From: Patescibacteria group bacterium
Lineage (GTDB): Bacteria > Patescibacteriota > Minisyncoccia > Phycocordibacterales > JBBUBG01
Reading direction: 5' to 3'
Length of the DNA stretch: 30,196 nt
NCBI GenBank assembly: GCA_040384765.1
Contig: JAZKIQ010000002.1
Coordinates: 16,877-47,072 of the forward strand
Shown here: positions 16,737 to 25,918 of the stretch, piece by piece
How positions within the stretch are numbered: position 1 is the first letter of the stretch
How the letters are laid out: the number at the start of each line of letters is the position of its first letter
Made by a program: the position numbers and the translations under genes
The notes under the pieces: generated by a model
What the model was told of the DNA's origin: nothing
What the model saw: the letters and a program-made list of their open reading frames with translations, nothing else
Database searches by the model: none

Positions 16737-17932
16737 GAGATCTTTTTTCTGACCTTTTTTGGGTAGAGTATCTTGTTCCTTTTGGGAAACGCGAAAAGGT
16801 ACAGCGCACACTTTCAGTGCTTTTCGCCGTATCGATCGGCCTTCTTTTTGTACTGTACCTTTTTGATCTCTTGGTGCTCTTTTCTCCGATTGCGCCGGCC
16901 ATCGCGCTTTTCCTCTTTCTGGCCTGGGCGAGTGGAGTGCTTCTGCGCACGTATCTTGCTTCTCGGGAGCGTGAGCTCTCGCTCTCGCACTTTTTTGCGG
17001 GAGTGCTTGCGCGAGGTGCAGATACTGACGCAGTGCTCGCATTTGTGGAAAGCGAGATCGGTCTTAAGATTCTTGCTCTTGCGCGGGTACCCCTTGCGGC
17101 CGTCGAAGGATTCAAGGAGCAGCGGGCGGGCTCGAGGGAGCTTGCCCCGCGAGTGCTTTCGCTCGCCGCCTCACGTGATCTGCGGGTACGCCTTTCGGAG
17201 ATGTATCGTGACGACTCCCGCTTCTCCGCATTTTTGGCGGTCAATGGAGTATCGCTTCCGGAGCTGCTTCTCGCGGCAGATCTTTTTTTGAAGGATGGAC
17301 GTCTCCGGAGAATGCCCCGTGCCCGCTTTATGCCCAAAGGCGCGTTCTATCTTCGGGGTATTGGGAAGCGATGGTCGATCGGTAATGCGCCAACGCTTCA
17401 TTCCTACGAGAAAGATCTCCCAAAGATGGTGTTCCCGCATAAAGATGAGCTGAAGGCCCTCTTGCCAGCGCTCGAAGAGGCGTATATCCATTCGAGGTCA
17501 GCAAAGGTTGCACTTCACGGAGAGGCAGAAAGGGTGCGCGAGCTTCTCGTGCTTTTTGCCGAAAAGGCGAAGCGTGGAGATGTGCACGCCTCGCTCGCGG
17601 CGCGCTATCCGCTCATCCTCGATACGAATATGATTGTGGGGCGTGCTCGCGATAGGGCTGCTCTCGAGGAGACCCTTGCACACACTGTAAACGAAGCTAT
17701 ACGCGCAGGCATTTTCCTTCTTATCATCGAAGATTGGGACCTCTTTCTAAAATCGTGCGCATCCTTTGGTGTCGAGGCGCGTCATATTTTTGATCCGCTC
17801 TTCACTTCTTCACGGGTTGCGATCCTTCTTTCGGGCTTCTCGGGAAGCGGTGCAGTTTCGTTTGACGTTACTCCCCGAGCGCCCGAGACTGCTTTCCAGG
17901 TACCAGATGCTTTGATAAGGTCAGGCCAATGA
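16733..17932 (+). CDS. Membrane-anchored, degenerate and truncated ClpA/ClpC-like AAA+ protein
   Basis: Two N-terminal TMs, then an NBD1-like sequence (VALHGEAERVRE at the Walker A position, GDVHASLA, ILD, EAIRAGIFLLIIED at the Walker B position). No second NBD. Confidence 0.6.
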   Translation: MRDLFSDLFWVEYLVPFGKREKVQRTLSVLFAVSIGLLFVLYLFDLLVLFSPIAPAIALFLFLAWASGVLLRTYLASRERELSLSHFFAGVLARGADTDAVLAFVESEIGLKILALARVPLAAVEGFKEQRAGSRELAPRVLSLAASRDLRVRLSEMYRDDSRFSAFLAVNGVSLPELLLAADLFLKDGRLRRMPRARFMPKGAFYLRGIGKRWSIGNAPTLHSYEKDLPKMVFPHKDELKALLPALEEAYIHSRSAKVALHGEAERVRELLVLFAEKAKRGDVHASLAARYPLILDTNMIVGRARDRAALEETLAHTVNEAIRAGIFLLIIEDWDLFLKSCASFGVEARHIFDPLFTSSRVAILLSGFSGSGAVSFDVTPRAPETAFQVPDALIRSGQ

Positions 17933-18882
17933 GCGAACGCGGATTTTGGGGCAAGCTCCCCACACCCTTTTTTGTATTGGCGCCGATGGCAGATGTCACG
18001 GACGCCTCTTTTCGACGTGTGATCGCAAAATACGGCAAGCCAGATGTGATGTACACCGAGTTTGTATCGTGCGATGGTCTGCAGTCTGCCGGGCGCGAGC
18101 GGCTTTTGCGTGATCTTTTGTATACAGAGCCGGAGCGGCCGATTGTCGCGCAGATCTTTGGGGCAAAGCCAGAGAATTTTGAAAAGACAGCTGCGCTTGT
18201 GCGCGAGCTCGGATTTGATGGAGTGGATATCAATATGGGATGTCCAGACCGCTCGCTCGTGAAATCAGGATCGTGTGGCGGGCTTATTGGAAACCCAAAG
18301 CTTGCCAAGGAGATTATTGAGGCGACGAAGCGGGGCGCAGGGCATCTGCCGGTGTCGGTAAAAACTCGTATCGGAAAGCAGAAGATTATTACCGAAGAGT
18401 GGATAGGGGCACTTGCAGAGGCAAATCCCGCGGTGATTACCGTGCATGGTCGCACGGTGAAGGAGATGTCCAAAGTGCCAGCTCATTGGGATGAGATCGG
18501 AAAAGCCGCGCGCGTGTGCCGCGAGAAAGGGATTTTGTGCATTGGCAACGGCGATGTGATGACGCTCGACGATGCGCGGATAAAAGCCGCCGAGTTTGGT
18601 GTAGATGGGGTGATGCTTGGCCGCGCGATCTTTGGGAACCCCTTTCTTTTTAACGAGAGTATCGAGAATCCTACGCTCACCGAAAAGCTCGCAATACTGC
18701 TCGAGCATGCGGAGCTGTACGAGCAACTGCTTGGAGATGTAAAAAACTTTGCCATTATGCGCAAGCATTTTGGCTCATATATAAAAGGGTTTGATGGAGC
18801 CAAGGACCTGCGCATGAAACTGATGAGCTGCGAAAATGCGGGGGAGATGCGGAAGATAATCGAGCATCCGGAAAGTTGGTGA
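17929..18882 (+). CDS. dusB: tRNA-dihydrouridine synthase (DusB/DusC-like)
   Basis: LAPMADVTD, YTEFVS, QIFG, DINMGCP, SVKTRIG, TVHGRT, GNGD, DGVMLGRA, RKH. Confidence 0.93.
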   Translation: MSERGFWGKLPTPFFVLAPMADVTDASFRRVIAKYGKPDVMYTEFVSCDGLQSAGRERLLRDLLYTEPERPIVAQIFGAKPENFEKTAALVRELGFDGVDINMGCPDRSLVKSGSCGGLIGNPKLAKEIIEATKRGAGHLPVSVKTRIGKQKIITEEWIGALAEANPAVITVHGRTVKEMSKVPAHWDEIGKAARVCREKGILCIGNGDVMTLDDARIKAAEFGVDGVMLGRAIFGNPFLFNESIENPTLTEKLAILLEHAELYEQLLGDVKNFAIMRKHFGSYIKGFDGAKDLRMKLMSCENAGEMRKIIEHPESW

Positions 18883-18892
18883 AAAAAGGATA

Positions 18893-18919
18893 CGGCCCGG
18901 AACAGAAGGTTCCGGGCCG
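18893..18919. terminator. Hairpin between convergent genes
   Basis: CGGCCCGGAAC-AGAAG-GTTCCGGGCCG, with an A-tract on the left. Confidence 0.65.
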
Positions 18920-18927
18920 CTGGGTGC

Positions 18928-19317
18928 TTAGTCATCTTCCTGCGGGATGTTGAACTCCGGCGGGATAAGACCGATGTGGACCAAGGGATCATCAACGGGG
19001 AGCTGAACCCCTCGCTTGATCAAACGGAGCACGTGCGTGCCGTTTTTCTTGGTGTCGACGTTGAACGCGGGATCGAGCCGAACTTCGCGAGAGTCGCAGA
19101 TGAGCGCTTGGATCACTCCGATGACTCTGCGCTTCAGGGTCCTGTCTTCTCGGAGCACGAGTACCTGAACTTCCACGCCAGCTTCCAGAGGAGTCTTGTT
19201 TCTGGTTTCTCGGTGCACGGCCTGAGGGGGCCACTGATCGCCTGAGTCCCCAATAACGCCCAAAGAAAGTTCCTCCTGATCCCTCGGTTTGCGCAAGTAG
19301 CGCGTACATACCGTCAT
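18928..19317 (-). CDS. Orphan hypothetical protein
   Basis: Fills the dus-pepA gap, has G/C-ending codon bias and ends just before a hairpin. Confidence 0.6.
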   Translation of the reverse strand: MTVCTRYLRKPRDQEELSLGVIGDSGDQWPPQAVHRETRNKTPLEAGVEVQVLVLREDRTLKRRVIGVIQALICDSREVRLDPAFNVDTKKNGTHVLRLIKRGVQLPVDDPLVHIGLIPPEFNIPQEDD

Positions 19318-19385
19318 TTACAATAACACGCATTTCCAAAATGGCAAACTTGGAACATGAGCAGTATTTAAGATAGAGTGGCCCC

Positions 19386-20834
19386 ATGGCAACTAATAAA
19401 GCATCTCAAGAATACGCAGGTATCCGCTTCGCGGTCGTAGAGTCTGTTTCTAAAGAGAGTCAGGCAGCGCGCGTTGTTTTTTCAACGAATGAGCAAGACG
19501 AAGTTATCGTGGAGGGATCAGGAAAAAAGGCGCTTTCATTTTCCATCGGCAAAGAGCCCCTTGGCCGTATTCCTCGGCATCTTTTTTTCCGAAAAGCTGT
19601 TCAGTTTGCAAAATCGCACAAAATAAAAAGTCTCGTTTTTTCGCTTCCAGAAATTTTGGAGCGATCGATCCCGGAGCTGAAGAGTGCAGATATGGTCGCA
19701 GATGAGCTTGCGATGAACGCCCTCCTTGCGCAGTTTGATTTCACGATATACAAGACTGCCCCTCGCGGGGGCTGGAGTACTGTGGAGGAGATTATCCTCG
19801 AGTCTCCGAAAGAGAGCCATGCGGAGATAAAAGCAGGCTTTGCCCACGGCAAGCTTATCGCTGAGAAGATCAATATCGCCCGTGCTCTTTCGAATACGCC
19901 AGGCGGAGAGATGACCCCTACGGTGCTTGCGAGGGAGGCAAAGGAGCTTGTTCGGGGCGCGAATACCAAGCTTACAGTGCTCGGGACTAAAGAGATGGCG
20001 AAGCTCGGTATGGGAGGCGTGCTCGGCGTTGCGCGCGGGTCTGATGAGGAGCCAAAGTTTATTGTAGCCGAGTACTGGGGTGGAAATAAAAAAGATGCGC
20101 CCGTAGTGCTCGTGGGCAAGGGGGTGACATTTGATACGGGAGGGCTCAATCTCAAGCCCGAGTCCGGTATTTATGAAATGCATATGGATATGTCTGGTGG
20201 TGCGGTGGTGCTTGCCGCGCTTTCAGCAGCCGCAGATCTGAAGCTCAAGAAAAATGTGGTGGCGATAGTGCCAGCCGTCGAGAACATGCCATCTGGCTCG
20301 AGCTACCACCCGGGCGATGTACTCCGTACTATGAACGGCAAGACGATCGAAGTGCTCAACACCGATGCGGAAGGGCGTGTCATCCTGTCAGATGCTCTTG
20401 AGTATGCAAAGAGGTACAATCCGTCGCTTGTGGTAGATGTCGCTACGCTCACGGGGGCTGCGATGTCGGCACTTGGCCAGCGCACCTCTGCGCTCTTCAC
20501 GAAAGAGGCTGATCTCGAAAAGATGTTCCGCGAGCTTGGAGAGGAGTCGGGCGACAGAGTATGGCCGCTCCCACTGTGGGATGAATACGAGCGCGAGATC
20601 AAAGGCACGTTCGGCGATTGGGCCAACCTTGGCAAGACTCGCTATGGTGGCGCTATTACGGGCGCGATGTTTCTCTATCAGTTTGTAAAAAATGCTGATG
20701 GCAAGGCTGCATATCCGTGGGTGCATATCGATATGGCTCCACGCATGACCTCGATTGAAGGGGACTATCTTGCGAAGGGTTCTTCAGGAGAGCCGGTGCG
20801 ATTGCTTGTAAAGCTTCTCGAGAAAATTATTTAA
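19386..20834 (+). CDS. pepA: Leucyl aminopeptidase (M17)
   Basis: VGKGVTFDTGGLNLK, DMSGGA, ENM, NTDAEGR, DVATLTGA, WVHIDMA. Confidence 0.96.
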   Translation: MATNKASQEYAGIRFAVVESVSKESQAARVVFSTNEQDEVIVEGSGKKALSFSIGKEPLGRIPRHLFFRKAVQFAKSHKIKSLVFSLPEILERSIPELKSADMVADELAMNALLAQFDFTIYKTAPRGGWSTVEEIILESPKESHAEIKAGFAHGKLIAEKINIARALSNTPGGEMTPTVLAREAKELVRGANTKLTVLGTKEMAKLGMGGVLGVARGSDEEPKFIVAEYWGGNKKDAPVVLVGKGVTFDTGGLNLKPESGIYEMHMDMSGGAVVLAALSAAADLKLKKNVVAIVPAVENMPSGSSYHPGDVLRTMNGKTIEVLNTDAEGRVILSDALEYAKRYNPSLVVDVATLTGAAMSALGQRTSALFTKEADLEKMFRELGEESGDRVWPLPLWDEYEREIKGTFGDWANLGKTRYGGAITGAMFLYQFVKNADGKAAYPWVHIDMAPRMTSIEGDYLAKGSSGEPVRLLVKLLEKII

Positions 20835-20875
20835 GAAAAAACCGCCGGCTGGTGGGCCGACGGCTACGTCTCTTT

Positions 20876-21298
20876 TCATCCCTGCGAGCGTTCCTTCTTC
20901 CTCGCGAGGGCCTTTTCGAGCCGGGCTGTGAAGGTTTCCGGAAGCTTTCGCTCCCGCTTGGCGATCTTCACTACGTACGAGGTCTGGCCTTCGTCTGGGT
21001 TGAGGTTCACCTCCACCTCGGCCACGAAGAGCTCCCTTTGGGGCCCGCCCTCCTTGTGGTAGAGAGTGGCGTTCCTCAGCTTGCCGATCCCCGTGGTGAT
21101 GCCACTCTTTCCTCTTTCGAGTCGTGAGAGGGTGCCCTTGTAGTAGAGCGGATGCCCTGCATCGCCTGAGCCAGGGAAGTTGTACACCATGATCTCATCT
21201 CCGACATATACCATGTCGTAAGCGAGAGGGTTGCGCGAGCAGATCACCCGGTACCCAATCGGGTTCGGTACAGGCGCTATCTTCTGTGCACTGGTCAT
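20876..21298 (-). CDS. Orphan hypothetical protein
   Basis: Strong SD GAGGAGGTGA, upstream TTGACT-17-CAAAAT, downstream hairpin near 20836-20868. Confidence 0.7.
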   Translation of the reverse strand: MTSAQKIAPVPNPIGYRVICSRNPLAYDMVYVGDEIMVYNFPGSGDAGHPLYYKGTLSRLERGKSGITTGIGKLRNATLYHKEGGPQRELFVAEVEVNLNPDEGQTSYVVKIAKRERKLPETFTARLEKALARKKERSQG

Positions 21299-21394
21299 TT
21301 TTCACCTCCTCGGTGAACTTGCCGAAGATATTTTGCAACTGAAAATCTAAAAAGTCAATGAGAGCCCTCGGGGTGTTTTGCTATACTCGACCAT

Positions 21395-23221
21395 ATGGCA
21401 GATAAGCTCGGGGAGCGCAATAATGCGCTTGCACAGAAAATTGAAGAGGCGCGGGAAAAAAGCGCCATGCGCCGCACGGCGCATGGCTATGTAGAGCGCG
21501 AACAATATCTTCTCGCCATGATTGCCGCATCGCTCGACCTCGAGAGCGCCAAGCTTGAGTTTATCGATCGCACCCAGTTTGGCGCCGATGTGGCCATCAC
21601 GGTGCCCGCACTTCTCAAAAAAGGGAGCAAAGAGTATATCAACGAACATCTTCCGAAGCTTCTCGCGAGAGTGCAAAAATCGGTCCCTGTGAAGGAGGGG
21701 TGGATTGTAAAGGCCGAACAGAAAGGCCTCTATCTCAATATCCTTCTTTCTGATGAGTATCTTTTTGATGTGGCGATTAAGTCCATCTCAGAGTTGAAAG
21801 AGAGATATGGTGAGACAGACGGGAGAAAGGAGAAGACGGTCGTCCTCGACTACTCGCACCCAAATGTTGCGAAGCATCTCCACGCGGGGCATATCCGATC
21901 GACCATCATTGGCCATATTCTGCGCAACATCTACGAAGCGGTGGGGTACACCGCTTTTGGGATGAACCATATCAATGACTGGGGTGGCTTTGGTTTTCTT
22001 ATGGAGGCGTATGCGCGATGGGGCAACGAGGAGAGTGGATATGAAAATAAAAACGATTTCCTCTACTCGCTCTATGTGCGGTATCGTCAGATGGAAAAAG
22101 AGGCCGAGCAGTATGACGGTGGGCCCTTTGTAGAGTTTAAAGAAAAAGCGGATGCGCGTTTTCGAGATCTCGAAGCGGGCAAGCCCGAGGCTGTAGAGCT
22201 TTGGCAAAAAATGGTTGCGTGGAGTCTCGAAGATTTCCAGCGCTTTTACGACCTTATCGATATCCACCTCGATGTTATTGCAGGAGAGAGCTTTTATGCT
22301 CGCCGCGGTGGCGAGATTGTGGAAGAGGCACTCAAAGCGAAAACGGCGACCATTGAAGATGGTGCCGCTGTGGTGCATGTCGGTGACGAAGTGGATTTTG
22401 TCATACGCCGATCCGATGAAAGCAGTATCTATGCAACGCGCGACCTTGCCGCCCTCGAGTATCGCTCCCAAAAGCTCGGCGCCGAGCGGATGGTGTATGT
22501 AGTGGGGCAGGAACAGACCGACTATTTTGCGCGTCTTTTTAAGGCGACAGATATGTTGGGTATCGTAAAGACGGGCACCGTGCTCGAGCATGTACCTTTT
22601 GGTTTTTATGTAAGCTCACACACCAAGAAAAAGCTCTCGAGCCGTGAGGGGGCACAAAATGTGATCAGCCTTATCGAGTCGGCTATCACCTATTTTCATA
22701 CGAAATATCCTGAGCTATCGGACGCGGATATCAAAAAGATTGCCGTGGGCTCGATCACCTTTAATGACATAAAAAAGAGCCGCATGGGTGCGGTAGAGCT
22801 CGATACGGGAAACGTACAGAAGATCATGCAAAGCTTCGAAGAGTCTGGTGCGGGGTATGTCATGTATGCTGCTACGCGAGCGCGGAGTATCGTGCGCAAA
22901 TATGGCAAGCCAGTGCCAGAAAGAGGCGAGGTGAGGACAAAGGATATGAAGCTTGCGCCTGCAGAGGTGCTGCTCCTCAAGCGCCTTGCCGAGCTGCCTA
23001 TTGCGATTGTGCGGGCAAGTGAGACCAACGAGCCTTCGGTGCTCGCGGAGTACCTTGTGCGGACAGCTCAGGACTACAACTCGTACTATGAGTCGTTTCC
23101 GGTGCTCGCAAAAGACGGAACGCTTCTGCACCCTGCAAGGTTGGTCATCACGAATGCTGTGGTGCAGGTGCTCATCAACGGGCTTCGGCTCTGCCATGTA
23201 GAGGTACCAGAGAAAATGTAG
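21395..23221 (+). CDS. argS: Arginine--tRNA ligase
   Basis: DYSHPNVAKHLHAGHIRST (HIGH-like), NHINDWG, YATRDLAA, YVVGQEQ, KLSSREG, and an anticodon domain with YVMYAATRARSI and YNSYYE. Confidence 0.96.
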   Translation: MADKLGERNNALAQKIEEAREKSAMRRTAHGYVEREQYLLAMIAASLDLESAKLEFIDRTQFGADVAITVPALLKKGSKEYINEHLPKLLARVQKSVPVKEGWIVKAEQKGLYLNILLSDEYLFDVAIKSISELKERYGETDGRKEKTVVLDYSHPNVAKHLHAGHIRSTIIGHILRNIYEAVGYTAFGMNHINDWGGFGFLMEAYARWGNEESGYENKNDFLYSLYVRYRQMEKEAEQYDGGPFVEFKEKADARFRDLEAGKPEAVELWQKMVAWSLEDFQRFYDLIDIHLDVIAGESFYARRGGEIVEEALKAKTATIEDGAAVVHVGDEVDFVIRRSDESSIYATRDLAALEYRSQKLGAERMVYVVGQEQTDYFARLFKATDMLGIVKTGTVLEHVPFGFYVSSHTKKKLSSREGAQNVISLIESAITYFHTKYPELSDADIKKIAVGSITFNDIKKSRMGAVELDTGNVQKIMQSFEESGAGYVMYAATRARSIVRKYGKPVPERGEVRTKDMKLAPAEVLLLKRLAELPIAIVRASETNEPSVLAEYLVRTAQDYNSYYESFPVLAKDGTLLHPARLVITNAVVQVLINGLRLCHVEVPEKM

Positions 23222-23231
23222 AAGGGTCGTC

Positions 23232-23332
23232 AGAACCATGTTCAATTTTGGAATACGGATAATTTCTTGCTAGAAATTTCCTCGAGATTCGGCCGGTCGC
23301 CTCATCTAGTTTCCAAAATTGAACATGGTTCT
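23232..23332. mobile_element. 101-bp MITE-like element with perfect 22-bp terminal inverted repeats
   Basis: AGAACCATGTTCAATTTTGGAA (23232-23253) and TTCCAAAATTGAACATGGTTCT (23311-23332); internal hairpin AATTTCT-TGCT-AGAAATT. Confidence 0.7.
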
Positions 23333-23379
23333 TCCTCTGGGGTTGGCAGAGGGAGCTGGTTGTAGGACTATATTGAGTT

Positions 23380-23853
23380 ATGACACAAACGAGAAAGATC
23401 TTAACTTTGTGTATTGTACACGAGGGTGAGAGAGTACTGCTCGGGATGAAGAAGCGTGGGTTTGGGGCCGGCAGGTGGAACGGCTTTGGCGGCAAGGTGA
23501 TGCCTGGCGAGTCGATCGAGGCGGCGGCTCGACGTGAGACTCGCGAAGAGGCAGTGATCGACCTCGTCGATCTCGAAAAAGTGGGAGTGCTTACCTTTTC
23601 ATTCGAGGGAAATCCTGAGTTGCTTGAGGTGCATCTTTTTAAGGCTCGCACGTTTCGCGGGGCGCCTACCGAGACCGAGGAGATGCGGCCAGCTTGGTTT
23701 GCGCAGAGCGAGATTCCGTTTGACGACATGTGGCCAGACGACCGATACTGGATGCCGCTTTTTCTTGCTGACAAAAAGTTTGAGGGAAGATTCCATTTCA
23801 GCGGGTCAGATGATATTCTCGAACATGAATTGCACGAGACCACTTCGCTTTAA
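23380..23853 (+). CDS. NUDIX hydrolase, MutT/MTH1-like 8-oxo-dGTP diphosphatase
   Basis: LLGMKKRGFGAGRWNGFGGKV...ARRETREE Nudix box; ETEEMRPAWF; MWPDDRYW. Confidence 0.92.
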   Translation: MTQTRKILTLCIVHEGERVLLGMKKRGFGAGRWNGFGGKVMPGESIEAAARRETREEAVIDLVDLEKVGVLTFSFEGNPELLEVHLFKARTFRGAPTETEEMRPAWFAQSEIPFDDMWPDDRYWMPLFLADKKFEGRFHFSGSDDILEHELHETTSL

Positions 23854-23867
23854 AATACTCACACTCT

Positions 23868-24911
23868 ATGTCTGATCTCGCCCTCTATCGCAAATACCGC
23901 CCGCAGAAGTTTTCTGAGGTAAAAGGCCAGGAGCAGGTGGTGGAGGTGATCATGCGCTCGCTCAAAGATGAGAAGGTAGCCCACGCATACCTCTTTGCGG
24001 GGCCGCGTGGCACCGGCAAGACCTCGATTGCGCGCATTTTTGCTGCAGAGCTGGGGACGGCCCCTTCTGATATCTATGAGATCGACGGTGCTTCGAACCG
24101 CAACATCGACGATGTACGGGCTCTTCGCGATGAAGTACGCACCCTTCCCTTCGATTCGAAATACAAGGTGTACATTATCGACGAGGTGCACATGTTCACC
24201 AAAGAGGCGTTCAATGCACTCTTGAAGACCCTTGAGGAGCCGCCAGCACATGTGATCTTTATCCTCGCTACAACGGAGCTCCACAAGGTGCCCGAGACGA
24301 TTGTGTCGCGCTGCCAGACGTTTGTATTCAAAAAGCCTTCACAAGATATTTTGCAGTTGGTCGTGGCTAGCGCTGCCAAGAAAGAGGGGTTTTCGATAGA
24401 AAAGGAGGCGTCAGCGCTCATCGCGCTCCTCGGAGATGGCTCATTTCGAGATACACTTGGCGCACTTCAGAAAGTGCTTTCAGGTGTTGCCGGTGAAAAA
24501 GTCTCTGTTGAGGATGTAGAGCGCATTACGGGCGCGCCGAGGGCAGAGCTGGTGCGCACACTCCTTCGGGCGTTTATCGAAAAGAATGCTGAAAAAGCGA
24601 TTCTTGCTGTGCGAAGTGCTACCGCAGAAAATATTGAGATGAAGACATATCTAAAGCTCGTAATGCACGAGCTGCGCCTCGGGCTTTTGTTCAAGTTTGC
24701 ACCGGCTCTCAAAAAAGAGATTGGCGAGGAGCTCTCGAAAGACGAGGCAGATTTTCAAGAGGAGCTCGCCCAAGCGATCGGTACAAAAGATACGATCATC
24801 AACTCGACCCTTCTCCGCGAGTTGATCGATGTGTATGCCGATACTGACAAGTCGCACATTCCCTCCCTCCCGCTCGAGCTTGCCATTATGAAGCTGTTGC
24901 CAAAATCGTAA
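23868..24911 (+). CDS. dnaX: DNA polymerase III subunit gamma/tau (short form)
   Basis: LYRKYRP, GPRGTGKTS, EIDGASN, IIDEVHM, AFNALLKTLEEPP, SRC, GSFRD. Confidence 0.96.
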   Translation: MSDLALYRKYRPQKFSEVKGQEQVVEVIMRSLKDEKVAHAYLFAGPRGTGKTSIARIFAAELGTAPSDIYEIDGASNRNIDDVRALRDEVRTLPFDSKYKVYIIDEVHMFTKEAFNALLKTLEEPPAHVIFILATTELHKVPETIVSRCQTFVFKKPSQDILQLVVASAAKKEGFSIEKEASALIALLGDGSFRDTLGALQKVLSGVAGEKVSVEDVERITGAPRAELVRTLLRAFIEKNAEKAILAVRSATAENIEMKTYLKLVMHELRLGLLFKFAPALKKEIGEELSKDEADFQEELAQAIGTKDTIINSTLLRELIDVYADTDKSHIPSLPLELAIMKLLPKS

Positions 24912-25561
24912 TGAACGAAGAGTCTCCGATAAAATATATCTACTGCGTCCGCCATGGCGAGAGTGAGAGCAATGCCGGGGCTGTGCGCCAGGGCCCGGAG
25001 ACTCCTCTTACCGAAAAGGGCATGGAGCAGGCAGAGGTTGTAGGGAAGCGGCTTAAAAACCTTCCGGTGGAGGTGCTCATTGCAAGCAGTATGGTACGGG
25101 CAAGGCAGACGGCAGAGATAATCAGCGGACATATAGAAAAGCCGCTCGAGTTTACCGATCTTGCCATTGAGCGGCAGATGCCCTCGGTCGTGTACTGGAA
25201 GCATCGCGAAGATCCAGAAACAAATGTTCTCATCGATAAGCTCAAAGAGGCTTTTGAGGTGCCAGGCTGGCGCCACTCGGATGAAGAAAATTTTGACGAT
25301 CTGCGCGCCCGTGCACAAAAGGCGCTCGACTTTCTTGCTGCTCGTCCGGAAACCCATATTGCTCTCGTGACCCACGCTCACTTCCTTATCACCCTTTTGT
25401 CGGTCGCCGCACTTGGCGATGCACTCACGGGTGCTGTATACAGAAAAATGATCGAATCTTTTCGACACGAAAACACCGGCATTACCATCCTTGAATATCA
25501 TTCTGGGGTCGCGTATCCCTGGAGGATAGTTACCTGGAACGACCACGCGCATCTTGGATAG
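24911..25561 (+). CDS. Histidine phosphatase family protein
   Basis: VRHGESESN, LTEKG, SSMVRARQTA, LVTH, NTGIT, WNDHAHL. Confidence 0.92.
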   Translation: MNEESPIKYIYCVRHGESESNAGAVRQGPETPLTEKGMEQAEVVGKRLKNLPVEVLIASSMVRARQTAEIISGHIEKPLEFTDLAIERQMPSVVYWKHREDPETNVLIDKLKEAFEVPGWRHSDEENFDDLRARAQKALDFLAARPETHIALVTHAHFLITLLSVAALGDALTGAVYRKMIESFRHENTGITILEYHSGVAYPWRIVTWNDHAHLG

Positions 25562-25597
25562 AAAACAAAAAGCCGGCAGAGCCGGCTTTTTGTTTTC
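25561..25597. terminator. Bidirectional terminator
   Basis: GAAAACAAAAAGCCGGC-AGA-GCCGGCTTTTTGTTTTC, perfect 17-bp stem between convergent genes. Confidence 0.85.
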
Positions 25598-25612
25598 CTG
25601 AAACTCCTTCGG

Positions 25613-25786
25613 CTATGCAGCCGACTTCTCAAGACACATCTTGCACTTTACGTCGCCTACGGCTACTTTGTTGCCACAGCTACATGAGCATTCCGTCCCT
25701 TCGCACTTCATACCGCTCTGGCACTTTGAGCACATTACATCTGCCTCGTGCATCTCCATGCCGCATCCTGCGCATTTCATCATCAT
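25613..25786 (-). CDS. 57-aa Cys/Met-rich protein (metallothionein-like or double zinc ribbon), absent from the ORF track
   Basis: Translated by hand: MMMKCAGCGMEMHEADVMCSKCQSGMKCEGTECSCSCGNKVAVGDVKCKMCLEKSAA*. It has 10 Cys as CxxC, CxxC, C, CxCxC, CxxC; TATACT lies upstream and a terminator downstream. Confidence 0.75.
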   Translation of the reverse strand: MMMKCAGCGMEMHEADVMCSKCQSGMKCEGTECSCSCGNKVAVGDVKCKMCLEKSAA

Positions 25787-25866
25787 CGTCTTTAAGGCTA
25801 GCTGCTAACGACACTAGTATACCTTTCCGGAGACGGCTGAGATATAGCCCCATTACGGTACAGAGT

Positions 25867-25912
25867 TTATCCACATTCCTGTGTACGATCGTACACAGGA
25901 ATGCTTTATAAT
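25867..25912 (+). promoter_or_regulatory. DnaA-box 9-mer, perfect 30-bp palindrome and -10 box upstream of the HTH-LAGLIDADG gene
   Basis: TTATCCACA (25867-25875); CATTCCTGTGTACGA|TCGTACACAGGAATG (25874-25903); TATAAT (25907-25912) 6 nt before the ATG. Confidence 0.65.
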
Positions 25913-25918
25913 TAAGCT

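Noticed and set aside
18976-19245. Plus-strand 89-aa ORF between dus and pepA
   Set aside because: Antisense to 18928..19317, which has the better codon pattern and a downstream hairpin; the strand choice remains moderately uncertain.
25867-25875. Replication origin suggested by a perfect DnaA box
   Set aside because: Only a single box was seen, with no cluster, no unwinding element and no dnaA/dnaN nearby.
25615-25911. ORF-track entries 25615..25911(+) and 25680..25874(-)
   Set aside because: Implausible composition; the 57-aa Cys-rich ORF in another minus-strand frame explains the region better.
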